Notes under the pieces: model-generated
Told to the model about the DNA's origin: nothing
Database searches by the model: none
Seen by the model: only the letters and a program-made list of their open reading frames with translations
Part shown: one piece after another, positions 21,081 through 31,618 of the stretch
Layout: each line of letters starts with the position of its first letter
Position numbering within the stretch: position 1 is the first letter of the stretch
Position numbers and translations under genes: made by a program
Source of the DNA: Leptolyngbyaceae cyanobacterium
Lineage (GTDB): Bacteria; Cyanobacteriota; Cyanobacteriia; Phormidesmidales; Phormidesmidaceae
DNA: 64,000 bases
Reading direction: 5' to 3'
NCBI GenBank assembly: GCA_050331235.1
Contig: JBHJHA010000015.1
Span: 1 to 64,000, forward strand

Positions 21081-21752
21081 ATGGGTGAGATGATCACGTT
21101 TCAGCGACCGGACGCTCAACCATGTCAGGGGTATTATGTCGAACCTCCGAGCGGCAGCACGGCCCCTGGAGTTGTTGTCATTCAAGAGTGGTGGGGGGTC
21201 AACGAGCAAATCAAAGGCGTCGGTGAGCAACTCGCTGCCGCTGGCTATCGGGTACTGGTTCCTGATCTGTATGAGGGCACCGTCACTTTGGATGCCGCAG
21301 AGGCAGAGCATTTGATGAACGATCTTGATTTTGGCGATGCCGCCAATCAGAAAATTCGGGGAGCGGTGCAGCATCTCAAAGGCAGCAGTCCCTCCATTGG
21401 GGTTATGGGTTACTGCATGGGAGGAGCCCTGGCTGTGCTAGCGGCTGTTCACGTGCCAGAGGCTGACGCCGTAGTGTGCTGGTATGGTGTACCGCCCGAA
21501 TCTGCCGGTGATACGCGAACCATTTCCATCCCCTTTCAAGGGCACTTTGCCCAACAGGACTCCTTTTTTCCGCCAGAGCAAGTCGATAAGCTAGAGGCTC
21601 GGCTTAAAGAGGGCAACGTCAACTACGAGGTGTACCGCTACGATGCGAACCATGCTTTTGGCAACGAAAACAACGAGATCTATGACCCTGAAGCTACCCG
21701 GCAAGCCTGGGCGCGATCGCTCCACTTTTTGGCCAATCACCTAAGCCGTTAG
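21081..21752 (+). CDS. Dienelactone hydrolase family protein
   Basis: IQEWWG, GYCMGG nucleophile, HAF; AGGAG RBS. Confidence 0.9.
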   Translation: MGEMITFQRPDAQPCQGYYVEPPSGSTAPGVVVIQEWWGVNEQIKGVGEQLAAAGYRVLVPDLYEGTVTLDAAEAEHLMNDLDFGDAANQKIRGAVQHLKGSSPSIGVMGYCMGGALAVLAAVHVPEADAVVCWYGVPPESAGDTRTISIPFQGHFAQQDSFFPPEQVDKLEARLKEGNVNYEVYRYDANHAFGNENNEIYDPEATRQAWARSLHFLANHLSR

Positions 21753-21833
21753 GCTACTCATGTTCAACCGGTTAACCACGAAATAGCCACAGTCACCACC
21801 AAGGCTGCGGCTATTTTGTAAGCCTGGCTGACC

Positions 21834-22529
21834 TTACAGATAAATCACCTTGCGAAAAGCATCCCAGGTATTGACATCGTCAAACAAGGAACGGTAGCCC
21901 AAGATATTGGGGTGTAGCCCATCCGTTGAGAGGCGCGATCGCCACCAACCCTCGCCCCGACTAAGCCACAGGTCCAACACATCTAGGTAAGGAATTTGGC
22001 GCTGTTCACAGGCTTGGCGAGTAAAATCCCGATAGGGCAGCTGATCGCGGTAGCTGTAATACAAAACTTCGGCAAAGGGCATGCGCTCAGTCAAAACTGG
22101 CGTCATGCCGATAAACATGACTGGACACAGACCTACCGCTGCATCGAGCAACGAGGTCATTTGCGATTGAAATGCGACAAACTCGGTGAACGAGCGACCG
22201 TTGGCTTTGCCGACTCGACAGCTATCATTTAGTCCCACGGACAATAGCAGCAGGTCTGGAACCCGGTTGCGAAACTCACCCCTTGTCTGAAACTCTTGCA
22301 CTAGGCGATGGGCAACTCGCTGGGTCGTATCGGCCCGCACCCCCAGATTGTAAATAGCGTGGCCGGGCGATTGGGGCTGGAGCCACTGCCGCCGCAACCG
22401 TTCAACCCAACCACCCCCTTCGGGATCGCCATAGCCATAGACTAAGCTATCTCCAATAGCCACAATACGCTTTTCGGTGTTTGTGCTCAATGCAACCGGC
22501 GATCGCAGATAAGAAGGTGCCGCTACCAT
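21834..22529 (-). CDS. SGNH/GDSL-family esterase/lipase
   Basis: GDSL, NLGV, GLND, DGLHPN blocks. Confidence 0.9.
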   Translation of the reverse strand: MVAAPSYLRSPVALSTNTEKRIVAIGDSLVYGYGDPEGGGWVERLRRQWLQPQSPGHAIYNLGVRADTTQRVAHRLVQEFQTRGEFRNRVPDLLLLSVGLNDSCRVGKANGRSFTEFVAFQSQMTSLLDAAVGLCPVMFIGMTPVLTERMPFAEVLYYSYRDQLPYRDFTRQACEQRQIPYLDVLDLWLSRGEGWWRSRLSTDGLHPNILGYRSLFDDVNTWDAFRKVIYL

Positions 22530-22770
22530 ATATGGCTTACTCGCTAACGTCAGGCAAAAACATTACAAATATGTCGTTGCTGCTAAGGGGAATTTAGCAT
22601 TCTAAAGATTTCTTTTCAATTTTTCATGACAATCGGCCAGGTTAGTCAACCACTCTCAACCCTGTGAGCCAGATTGCCCAGAGCCTGACTCAATGCCTCA
22701 ACGGGCAAGCTTTGGCCGTTAGTTCAGGTCTGCCCAGGAGTTTAAGCATCCGTATCGATTATGGCCTTGA

Positions 22771-23904
22771 CTACAGCGTCACCGGCGACTCTACGTATAC
22801 TGTAGGTTCCTGCATAGTGAACTGAATGCCGTACTTGTCCAAGGTTTGAGAAATGGTCTCATTGGCTAGTTCGAGCAAGCGCTTACGCAACTCAATGGAG
22901 CTCTCACTAGAGCCGAGGATGAAAAACGTCACCCGAGCGCGGCGCATTGACTGACTGGTCTGACCGTTTGTTTCACTACTGTGGGGAAAGACAATACTTG
23001 TACTGCCAGGGTCTACTCCAAAAACAGAGTTGGTGCTTTGGGAAATTACCTGGCGCACGAGGGCCGCATCTTCGTCGGTCAGCTTGCGCGTAAAGTCGAG
23101 ATACAGCATCACCATCACCTTCTTGGCCCGGCTAACGTTCTCAATTTCCATATTGAGCAGGGTTGAGTTGGGCAGGATGAATAAGGTACTTTTGGCTGCC
23201 GTGCGGATTTTGGTCGATCGCAACCCGATGGATTCGACCCGCCCCAGTTGACCATCATTTAGCCGGATATATTCCCCGGGAATGAAAGGCCGATCTAGAT
23301 AAATCACGATGGTGCTGAGGAGCTGTTCCAGGATTTTTTGCGCAGCAAAGGCGATCGCCAACCCCCCAATGCCTAAGCTGGCAAACAACCCCACTAGGTT
23401 AAAGTTTTGGCTTTGAGCAAACGTCAGTACCGCAATGAAACCAATCACTACGTTCATCATGGTTTCAAATACCAGCAGCATTTCGTCGACCTCGCGGCCC
23501 ATTTTTTTGAGTAGCTCTACCCCATATATGCGAAAGATGCGCCCAAATACCCGTGAAGTTAGCCAAGCGATGCTGCTGATCAGCGCCAGATCAATGAACG
23601 GATTGAGAAAGGCGCTGAGGCTACGGTAGTCTTCACTCAGCCATACCATTGATAGCGATATGAGCACCATCGTGCCCGCTAGCTGAAAGGCTCCACTCAG
23701 CGGTGCGACCAAATTGTCATAAAGGTGTGACACCTGCTCTGGCGAAAAGCGATGGATAAATGCCCGCACAATATTTGGCGTGAACCGTCCCACCAATAGT
23801 GATATGAGCAGCGATACGCCAAAGATGACCAGGGTTGGCGTGTTGCCAAAGGTGATGCCCAGCGATTCTAAAAAGCTGCGGAGGTCAGTGGCTGAGGTAT
23901 TCAT
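22771..23904 (-). CDS. MscS-family mechanosensitive channel
   Basis: ASLGIGGLAIAFAAQ, DRPF..GEYI, GRVESIGLRST. Confidence 0.9.
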   Translation of the reverse strand: MNTSATDLRSFLESLGITFGNTPTLVIFGVSLLISLLVGRFTPNIVRAFIHRFSPEQVSHLYDNLVAPLSGAFQLAGTMVLISLSMVWLSEDYRSLSAFLNPFIDLALISSIAWLTSRVFGRIFRIYGVELLKKMGREVDEMLLVFETMMNVVIGFIAVLTFAQSQNFNLVGLFASLGIGGLAIAFAAQKILEQLLSTIVIYLDRPFIPGEYIRLNDGQLGRVESIGLRSTKIRTAAKSTLFILPNSTLLNMEIENVSRAKKVMVMLYLDFTRKLTDEDAALVRQVISQSTNSVFGVDPGSTSIVFPHSSETNGQTSQSMRRARVTFFILGSSESSIELRKRLLELANETISQTLDKYGIQFTMQEPTVYVESPVTL

Positions 23905-23971
23905 GAAAAGTTTCGAGTTTTTGGGAATCGAGTCTGAGCGGTTTTAAACCGATCACGGGCTAGTCAAGGGC

Positions 23972-25075
23972 TTAGATAGTGATCGGCGAATCGACGTAAA
24001 CTGTGGGTTCTTCGATGTCAAAGGAGATGCCATAGGTCTTTAGACGCTGAGTCATTTTTTGATTGGCGATCGCTAGCAGCTGTCGCCGAATTTCCATAGA
24101 GCTCCCCGTGGCGCCCAAGATGAACAGGGTGGCCTGCACCTGGGTCAGGTTGCCGTCCTCCAGATTGCGAAAGGCAATGCTGGTGCTGCGGGTATCGATA
24201 CCAAAGATATCTTTCGTACTTTCAATAATGACCTGACGGATGAGTGCCTGCTCCTCTTCGCCAATGGCTCGATATAGGTTGAGGTAGACGATCGCCATGA
24301 CTTTTTTCGCCCCAGTAAAGTTTTCCACCGTGGCCTGTATCAGGGCACTGTTGGGCACGATCGCCAGTGTGCCCTTGCCAGAGGTGCGGATTTTGGTGGA
24401 GCGCAGACCAATGGCCTCGACCCGGCCAAAGGTGCCATCGGGGAGGCCGATGTAGTCGTCCACAGAGAAGGGCCGATCAATGTAGATTACTACTCCACCC
24501 AGCAGCTGCTCCAACACCTTTTGGGCAGAAAAAGCCACGGCAATACCACCAACCCCCAAACTGGCAAATACGCCGATGATGTTGATCTGATGGGTCTGAG
24601 CAAATAAGGTGATGAGGCTGATCATCAGCCCGGCAATCGCCAAAAAGCGGCCTACCAGCAGCAGTTCGCTAATGGTTTTGCGGCCATCCTCCAACGCCGC
24701 ATTCAGCAGGTACTCCTCAAAATAAGTCTGAAAGCAGCGATAGAGCAGCAGTCCCAGGGAGAACGTTAATGCCAGCGTCAGCCCAAACTCTAGGGAAGGG
24801 TACCAGGGGACGTACCACAACCCTTGGAGCAGCACCAGCGCTACCACATCGAGCACCACTAAGGCCCCTGTGAGGATTAATAGCGATCGGTGTGGTTCGA
24901 CAATGCGGCTATAAAAACTCTTGGCGTCTTCCTTCAGAAAGCGTCCCAACAGAAACTTTGTTAACCAGGGGACAACCTGGGCCAGCAGCACCGCTAGCGT
25001 ACCGCTAGCGGCGGCAAAGATGGTCCAAAAAACCGTTGGTTTATCAACTGCCAGAGACAGGTAAGCGTCCCACAT
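23972..25075 (-). CDS. MscS-family mechanosensitive channel (paralog)
   Basis: ASLGVGGIAVAFSAQ, DRPFSVDDYI, GRVEAIGLRST. Confidence 0.9.
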   Translation of the reverse strand: MWDAYLSLAVDKPTVFWTIFAAASGTLAVLLAQVVPWLTKFLLGRFLKEDAKSFYSRIVEPHRSLLILTGALVVLDVVALVLLQGLWYVPWYPSLEFGLTLALTFSLGLLLYRCFQTYFEEYLLNAALEDGRKTISELLLVGRFLAIAGLMISLITLFAQTHQINIIGVFASLGVGGIAVAFSAQKVLEQLLGGVVIYIDRPFSVDDYIGLPDGTFGRVEAIGLRSTKIRTSGKGTLAIVPNSALIQATVENFTGAKKVMAIVYLNLYRAIGEEEQALIRQVIIESTKDIFGIDTRSTSIAFRNLEDGNLTQVQATLFILGATGSSMEIRRQLLAIANQKMTQRLKTYGISFDIEEPTVYVDSPITI

Positions 25076-25374
25076 GAGTGTTTTCGTGAGTGTTTGCGTT
25101 CAAGGTTTGCCCCTGCAATTGCGTCCCCCGCCCGCCCAGCCTGGGCTAGTCAGTCACGCCAGCGGTCTACAACGGGGACAGCAACCCTGCCCCGACTCGA
25201 TCAGGGGGGATGACTCCGCCGACCGGCAATGACACAAGCCTCTGCGTCGCAGTCTCAGCTAGGAGGATACTGCCTTATTCCCGTCTAAATGCGGCAATTT
25301 TTGTAACGGCATCCACCTTTGCAGGTATCCTTTCGTAGAATTCAACTGTCTTTTGGGGGCACTTGACATCGGCT

Positions 25375-26727
25375 ATGGGTAAGATTTTTATCTCAGCAGG
25401 GCATGGTGGCTACGAAAACGGCTCGCTCGATTATGGCGTTACCGTTTCAAACACCACTGAAGCGACTGAAATGATTCGCATTCGAGACTTAGTCGTGCCC
25501 GAGTTGCGATCGCGGGGCTTTGAGGTCTTGGCCGTCCCCGATGATCTCAGCAACGCTCAAACCCTGAACTGGATCAATACCCGCTGCCAACCGGATGACG
25601 TTGCCTTGGAAATTCACGGAGGGGCGGCCAGCAGTCCGGGAGCACGAGGGGCGAGTGTGTTTTATATTGCCAATAATGAGGCCCGCAAATCCCATGCAGA
25701 ACTCCTGCTGCTGGCACTCCTGCGACGACTGCCACAATTGCCCAGTCGCGGGGCCCGACCCGATACCAACACCGGTACTGGTAGTCTCAGTTTTACCCGA
25801 CAGTTGGCCTGCCCCTCCCTATTGATGGAGGTGGGCTATCTGACCAATCCCGATGATTTGGGGTTAATTCAAAATCGCCGCCGCGATATTTCCCTAGGGA
25901 TTGCCGATGGCATGGCATCCTGGAGTCGCGCCGTCGCCGGCGACTCCGGTGACGTCCAAGGCTTTCCAGAATGTAATATCAGTGTCAATGGGGGCCTCTA
26001 CGACGAAAAGGGCATCATCATCAACAACAATGCCTATGTCCCCATTGACCTAGCGGATCAGCTAGGCATTGATATCGCGAGCGATCCTGACGTTCGGCGA
26101 GTGCGCTACCAAGGCGTGGTTTATATCAAAGCGATTGACCTGCGGGAATACAACGTCTCCGTCGGATGGGATGCGTCCACTCGAACGGTGACGCTGAAAA
26201 CGATGAACTCTTTGCCCATTTGCGAAGATCGCCTAGAACACATTATGGGTCGAGGCATTACGTCGGATATACAGCTATTAATGTTTCTCAAAACGAATAA
26301 AGAAGGCGCCACAGAGCACTATAAAGATTTGCCTCGCTACTATCGGGAAGAAGCTCAAATTGAAGGCGTGGACCACGACATTGCCTTTTGCCAAATGTGC
26401 TTAGAAACCTCATATTTAAGATTTACCGGGAGTCTGCGACCAGAAGACAACAATTTTGGCGGGATTGGCGCAGTTAGCGGTTCGACCGGTGGCGTCGCCT
26501 TCAACGATCCTCGCATTGGCGTACGCGCGCATATCCAACATCTCAAGGCCTACGGTAATACAGAACCTTTGGTCCAAGAAGTGGTTGATCCTCGTTTCCG
26601 GTTTGTGCGGCGAGGCGTAGCGCCGTTGGCCAAACAATTGAGTGGCCGTTGGGATCCAGATCCTCAGTACGGAGACAAGATCCTCGCCATTCTCCGTCGG
26701 CTGTATGAATCGACGGGGATTCTCTAG
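25375..26727 (+). CDS. N-acetylmuramoyl-L-alanine amidase with glucosaminidase-like C-terminal domain (TftA-like hormogonium morphoprotein)
   Basis: IFISAGHGG..E, LEIH, LMEVG amidase_3 motifs; C-terminal AFCQMCLET, NNFGGIG, HIQHLKAY. Confidence 0.8.
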   Translation: MGKIFISAGHGGYENGSLDYGVTVSNTTEATEMIRIRDLVVPELRSRGFEVLAVPDDLSNAQTLNWINTRCQPDDVALEIHGGAASSPGARGASVFYIANNEARKSHAELLLLALLRRLPQLPSRGARPDTNTGTGSLSFTRQLACPSLLMEVGYLTNPDDLGLIQNRRRDISLGIADGMASWSRAVAGDSGDVQGFPECNISVNGGLYDEKGIIINNNAYVPIDLADQLGIDIASDPDVRRVRYQGVVYIKAIDLREYNVSVGWDASTRTVTLKTMNSLPICEDRLEHIMGRGITSDIQLLMFLKTNKEGATEHYKDLPRYYREEAQIEGVDHDIAFCQMCLETSYLRFTGSLRPEDNNFGGIGAVSGSTGGVAFNDPRIGVRAHIQHLKAYGNTEPLVQEVVDPRFRFVRRGVAPLAKQLSGRWDPDPQYGDKILAILRRLYESTGIL

Positions 26728-27011
26728 GTTTCTTACCAAAGCTAAGATTCAACGTTCCGAGTTTCAAAACAGATGGTATGTTTATGACTAACCGAATGTG
26801 AAGGCAGTTTGAAGCTGTCTGAAAAGTACCGACCAATAGCCAAGTTGAGCGAATGAAAGTTCTCGCAACTTGGTTTTTAAATGTTAACAAATAGCTGGCA
26901 ACTAAACGCCATGGTTGGTGTTTTTGTGGACCGTTTGAGGTCAGTCAGCGCTAGCGAATTTTTGGTGGAGACTCGCAACCTCTGGCGAGGTGTCAACGTC
27001 TCAGCTATTCA

Positions 27012-28190
27012 ATGCCCGCTCAACCGATATCTGTCATGGTCCACATGCATGCTTCTCCTTGTGCCACCGACTCCCAACTGGGAATGTCTTTTTGGAAATG
27101 GTTGCCCCGTGGAGGTCTGGCAGTTCTGCTGTGGGTGTTGGTTGGTTTGCCGGCGATCGCCCTGGAGATGCGGGTGGCCATCCGTGAAGGGGATAGTCAA
27201 GTCGTAGTCGGTACGTCAAATACGGGCATGATTCGGGATCAGCAGGGGCAGCAAATTGCCCAGGTGCCCCAAGGGCGATCGCTCACTATAACGGCCCAAG
27301 GCCCTCAACTCAAGGCGGCGGATTCCGTCAGCAGTTCTTTTTGGGTCGAGCCCGGACCTGATGGCTTTGTGTTTATCGGCGAGCGCTGGTATCGGGGACG
27401 GGTGCTCGTTATGTCTGACGGTAGCGGCGTCACGGCGATCAATTATGTTGATTTGGAACACTATCTGTACAGCGTGGTTGGGGGTGAAATGCCCACCAGT
27501 TGGCCGCTAGAGGCGCTGAAGGCTCAGGCTGTTGCAGCGCGCACCTACGCCTTACATAAGCGCCAGCAGGCCCGCAGTCCCCACTACGACGTTGGCGGCA
27601 CTACAACCTGGCAAGTGTATAGAGGGTTAGAAGAAGAAGCCCACAGCACCCATGCCGCCGTCGAAGGTACGCGGCACCAGGTGCTCACCTACAATGGTCA
27701 ACTCATTGAGGCCGTATTTCACTCTTCATCGGGGGGGCACACGGAAAACGTTGAGGATATCTGGAGTCAGCCACTCCCCTATCTGCGAGGTGTCCAAGAT
27801 TATGATGCCGGAGCACCTGTCTTCGAGTGGTCTCGCACACTCACACTGGATGAATTTAGTCGGATCATGCCAGACGTGGGACGTATTGTGCGGGCCACGC
27901 CCCAGCGCACGACCCCCCGGGGGCGAGTGCAAGAAATCCATATGGAGGGCGATCGCGGGGCGCGGGTCATGACCGGCAATGACCTACGTACGGCGTTAGA
28001 CCTCCGCAGTACGCTGTTTTCGATCAATATTGCTGGCAACAGCATCCAAATTACTGGACGCGGCTACGGTCACGGTATTGGTATGAGTCAGTGGGGAGCC
28101 AACAATATGGCAAATCAGGGATATTCCTATCAACAGATTTTGGGCCACTACTATCAAGGGGCACAGCTAGCCACTATCGAAGAGCACTAA
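27012..28190 (+). CDS. SpoIID/LytB-domain lytic transglycosylase-like protein
   Basis: YLYSVVGGEM..SWP.EALKAQAVAARTY, QVYRG, GYGHGIGMSQWGA; start uncertain. Confidence 0.88.
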   Translation: MPAQPISVMVHMHASPCATDSQLGMSFWKWLPRGGLAVLLWVLVGLPAIALEMRVAIREGDSQVVVGTSNTGMIRDQQGQQIAQVPQGRSLTITAQGPQLKAADSVSSSFWVEPGPDGFVFIGERWYRGRVLVMSDGSGVTAINYVDLEHYLYSVVGGEMPTSWPLEALKAQAVAARTYALHKRQQARSPHYDVGGTTTWQVYRGLEEEAHSTHAAVEGTRHQVLTYNGQLIEAVFHSSSGGHTENVEDIWSQPLPYLRGVQDYDAGAPVFEWSRTLTLDEFSRIMPDVGRIVRATPQRTTPRGRVQEIHMEGDRGARVMTGNDLRTALDLRSTLFSINIAGNSIQITGRGYGHGIGMSQWGANNMANQGYSYQQILGHYYQGAQLATIEEH

Positions 28191-28538
28191 GGGACTCGGG
28201 ACTTGTTTATATACGTTGGGTTGGTAAACTCACCTGACGGCAAACTGCCCCTGGCTAGTCTAGATACCCTTTCTTAACGTGAGTTGGGTTAGGTAATCTC
28301 GGAGTAAATCAGTCGTCAGGGCAGCGAATCTTTTGCCCCCTAAGCATCCCTCTAGATGGGTGGATTCACTGGGTACCCAAAATCCCGATTCCGAATTCAG
28401 GTTTCTTCCGGAAAAGCTGATACCAAAGGTTGTCCTCAGTTGCAATCGCTAGCCGCAGTCAGCTTTGAGCCTCTGCAGGGGCCAGAACGCTCTCAGTGAG
28501 GTCCCTCCCTGCATCTTTTAACCCGCCACGATCGCCAT

Positions 28539-29873
28539 TTAAGGACAGAGTCGCAAAATTTGGTCAGCCATTGCCAAGCTCTCTTGATAGAGCACATCCT
28601 CTCCCCAGCGCTGAAGCTGCTGTCCTAAAATCAAGTCGGCTCGCTGGTCGGAAATTGCGCTGACCTCTTCTACCCGGCAGGCTTGAGCGCCACCTCCGGC
28701 TTCCATACGCATGCAGCCTGTCGTCTCAGAGCATAAAATCGTACAGCAGTCAGCCTCTTGATTGCTAGAGGACAGGCGAATCCCAATCAGATCGCCAATC
28801 ACCTCGCCGACGTCGGCCACTGGGATGGCGGCTAGCTCTACTTCAATTTCTCGATTGCCGACGCTGCTCTCAAAGTAAACCTTGCGAATGCCATAGTCGC
28901 CGCCTTCCTCGACATATCGCATAGGCGTCCATTCCAGACGGCTTGCCAGCCACCCTAAAAACATCAGGGCTTGGGCAGCATTGCCGGGTTCATGGTCGAT
29001 GCTGACCTGATCAATTTCAATCAAGGCGTCCCGCCGCTCAGGCGGATCATAGGCTTCGGCGGTGAGCTCTTGCCAGGGAAATAACCGGTGCCAGTTCAAA
29101 TCGGCGATGTATTTACCAGACTCTGTGATTTCTTGGATTTTGTTGAGCTCTGATTCAACTTCGCTGAAGTAACTGGAGTCAACGATCAAGCAATTACTGG
29201 TTGCGAACAGTTGATTAAACAGTGCTTGCTCGGGGTTGGGTGTGGCTTTCCACCAGACAAACTTAGGCAGGTCACCAATCATCAGCGATGAGACCATGCC
29301 CGATACACGCTCCAGTGAGGCTTTGGAACCGCGCAGGGAAATATATTCGCAGCAAATCAAGTTGCTGGTATTGCGTTTTTGAACGGGACAATAGGCTGAG
29401 ACCTGGGCTGTTACAGTATCGTCACCGTCTAGGGTGGGGCAAAGAGTGATCACTCGACAGGGGTTTTGTGCTGCGATCGCCTCGCTCAAGTTAAATCCGC
29501 GCAAGTCAGGATTAGAAAACTGCTTCTGGCTATCCGCAAGTTGTTCATATTCCTGTCGCAGTCGAGTTAGGGTGGCTTCGTCAATTCGTCCCGTAACCCG
29601 CAAACCATAGGCCATCTGAGCCTGTCGAATGGCTTCTCGAGTCTTATTGCCATGCTGACCATCAATGTCACCCTTGTAAAAGGTGAGAGCCGCTAGCAAT
29701 TGCTGAAATTCTTCGGGCTCATACACCACAATGCTGAAGGTGGTCGCTCGGGTGGCGACTGGCGCCGTTGCTCCTTCGTCCTGAGTGCGCCAGATATTGC
29801 GCAGCTCGCTCTCAATTTCCTCGATGGAAATGCCTTTGGGTTTTTGTAACGCAACAACGGGAGTTGAGGTCAT
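28539..29873 (-). CDS. opcA: Glucose-6-phosphate dehydrogenase assembly protein OpcA
   Basis: AQNPCRVI, ADLNWHRL.PWQEL, GWLASRL, CCTILC; downstream of zwf; carries the inserted PG-binding-like segment. Confidence 0.93.
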   Translation of the reverse strand: MTSTPVVALQKPKGISIEEIESELRNIWRTQDEGATAPVATRATTFSIVVYEPEEFQQLLAALTFYKGDIDGQHGNKTREAIRQAQMAYGLRVTGRIDEATLTRLRQEYEQLADSQKQFSNPDLRGFNLSEAIAAQNPCRVITLCPTLDGDDTVTAQVSAYCPVQKRNTSNLICCEYISLRGSKASLERVSGMVSSLMIGDLPKFVWWKATPNPEQALFNQLFATSNCLIVDSSYFSEVESELNKIQEITESGKYIADLNWHRLFPWQELTAEAYDPPERRDALIEIDQVSIDHEPGNAAQALMFLGWLASRLEWTPMRYVEEGGDYGIRKVYFESSVGNREIEVELAAIPVADVGEVIGDLIGIRLSSSNQEADCCTILCSETTGCMRMEAGGGAQACRVEEVSAISDQRADLILGQQLQRWGEDVLYQESLAMADQILRLCP

Positions 29874-29973
29874 ATCAGTGTTCTAGTGAAGGGCAGATTC
29901 AAAAATAAGCAGTTCAGCCGCGTGTCTATGCTATCGGATCTCACTTTAACCTTAGTCCAGGTTCAACCAAACG

Positions 29974-31503
29974 CTAGAGTCGTCGCCAGCGGCGGCGATC
30001 GCGGTTGAGCAATAACTCTGACTCAACCGGTCCCCAAGTACCCGCCTCATACATCGGAATGACATCGGGATCGGCTGGTGCATCCCAAACCTCCAGAAGC
30101 GGTGTCAACATGCGCCAAGAAGCTTCCACTTCATCGCCACGGGTGAAGAGGGTTTGGTCACCCAACATACAGTCCACCAGCAACCGGCCATAGGCTTCAG
30201 TACTCGGTTTACCAAAGGCCGCGTCATAGCGGAAATCCATTGCCACCGAGCGAGTTCGGAGAGAGTTCCCCGGCGTCTTTACCTCAAACCGCATTGAGAT
30301 GCCTTCATCTGGTTGTATCCGCAGCGCTAAGACGTTGTGATTGAGCTGCTTGGCAGCTGACTGAAACATCATGTAAGGAACTTCTTTAAAATGGATGGAA
30401 ATTTCCGTCACCTTTTTTGGCATCCGTTTGCCCGTCCGCATATAAAACGGGACTCCTTTCCAGCGCCAATTATCAATCATTAGCTTTAAGGCGGCATAGG
30501 TTGGAGTGGTTGACGTTTCACTCGCGCCTTCTTCCTGACGATAGCCGGGCACCTCTTCCCCTTTCATCCAGCCCGGCGCATATTGTCCACGAATGGCGCA
30601 CTTAGACAGATCCTCAATATCCGCTAAGTGAGTAGCCTGCAGCACCTTGACTTTTTCACTGCGAACGCTTTCTGCATCGAGGGAGTTGGGTGCTTCCATT
30701 GCAGTCAGGCAAAATAGCTGCATCAAATGGTTTTGCACCATGTCACGCAGCGCCCCAGCCGTTTCGTAGTAGCCTGCCCGCCCTTCTAAGCCGACCGTTT
30801 CGGCCACTGTGATCTGCACGTGATCCACAAATTGACGGTTCCACAGCGGCTCAAAGATGGCGTTGGCGAAGCGAAAGACCATCTAGTTTTGGACAGTCTC
30901 TTTGCCGAGGTAGTGATCAATACGATAGATCTGGTTCTCTTGACAAACGTCCTGCACCACACGGTTAAGCACTCGCGCTGAGCCGATGTCTTTACCAAAG
31001 GGCTTCTCAATGACGAGGCGCTGCTTATCAGGTTGGCCTAACATGCCAGCTGCCCCTAATTGCTGTGCTGCTTCCCCAAAAAAGCGGGGCGCGACAGACA
31101 GATAAAAGACCCGATTGCCTCGGGTACTACGCTTTTCATCAAGCTCTGATAAAAACGCCTTAAGCTTTTGGTAGCTTTCTGGTTTATCAATATTAGCGGG
31201 GCAGTAGAACAGTCCTTGGGCAAATTCATTCCAAGTGCTTTGGTTGCCGATGCCGCTGCCGAACTCTTCGACCCCTTCACGTAAATGTTCCCGAAAGTAG
31301 TCATGACTCCAGTCCCGACGAGCTACCCCCACCAGGGTGAATTCGGGGGGTAAGCGGCGATCAAGCTTCATTTGATAAAGAGCTGGCACCAGCTTGCGGT
31401 GTGTGAGGTCGCCAGAGGCACCAAAAATCACCAAAATCTGTGGGTCCGGGATGCGATCTTGTTGGAGGCCAACGCGGAGTGGATTTTCGAGCAGACTAAC
31501 CAT
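29974..31503 (-). pseudogene. zwf: Glucose-6-phosphate 1-dehydrogenase interrupted by an in-frame TAG at 30883-30885
   Basis: Two in-frame ORFs: GASGDL and [14 protein letters not shown], then stop, then MVFRFAN...DMVQNH...RWRRL; may be a sequencing error. Confidence 0.85.
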
Positions 31504-31618
31504 AAACGTGATTGGGGATAGTTTTGCAGGGGCTAGTAAACGGGTGACGAAAAAACGGATATGACGGCAACGCTACGCAGACAGTCGCTTGTTAATGTCC
31601 ATCGCAGGCTAGTTTAAA

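Noticed and set aside
28220..28330. GGCAAAC-containing stretch as a c-di-GMP-I riboswitch
   Set aside because: Lacks the GAAA tetraloop stem and GACGCAAAG core, and lies between convergent genes.
29560..29710. Peptidoglycan-binding-like insert in OpcA
   Set aside because: A known feature of cyanobacterial OpcA, not novel.
31504..31618. No tal between fbp and zwf
   Set aside because: fbp-zwf-opcA without tal is a known arrangement in some cyanobacteria.
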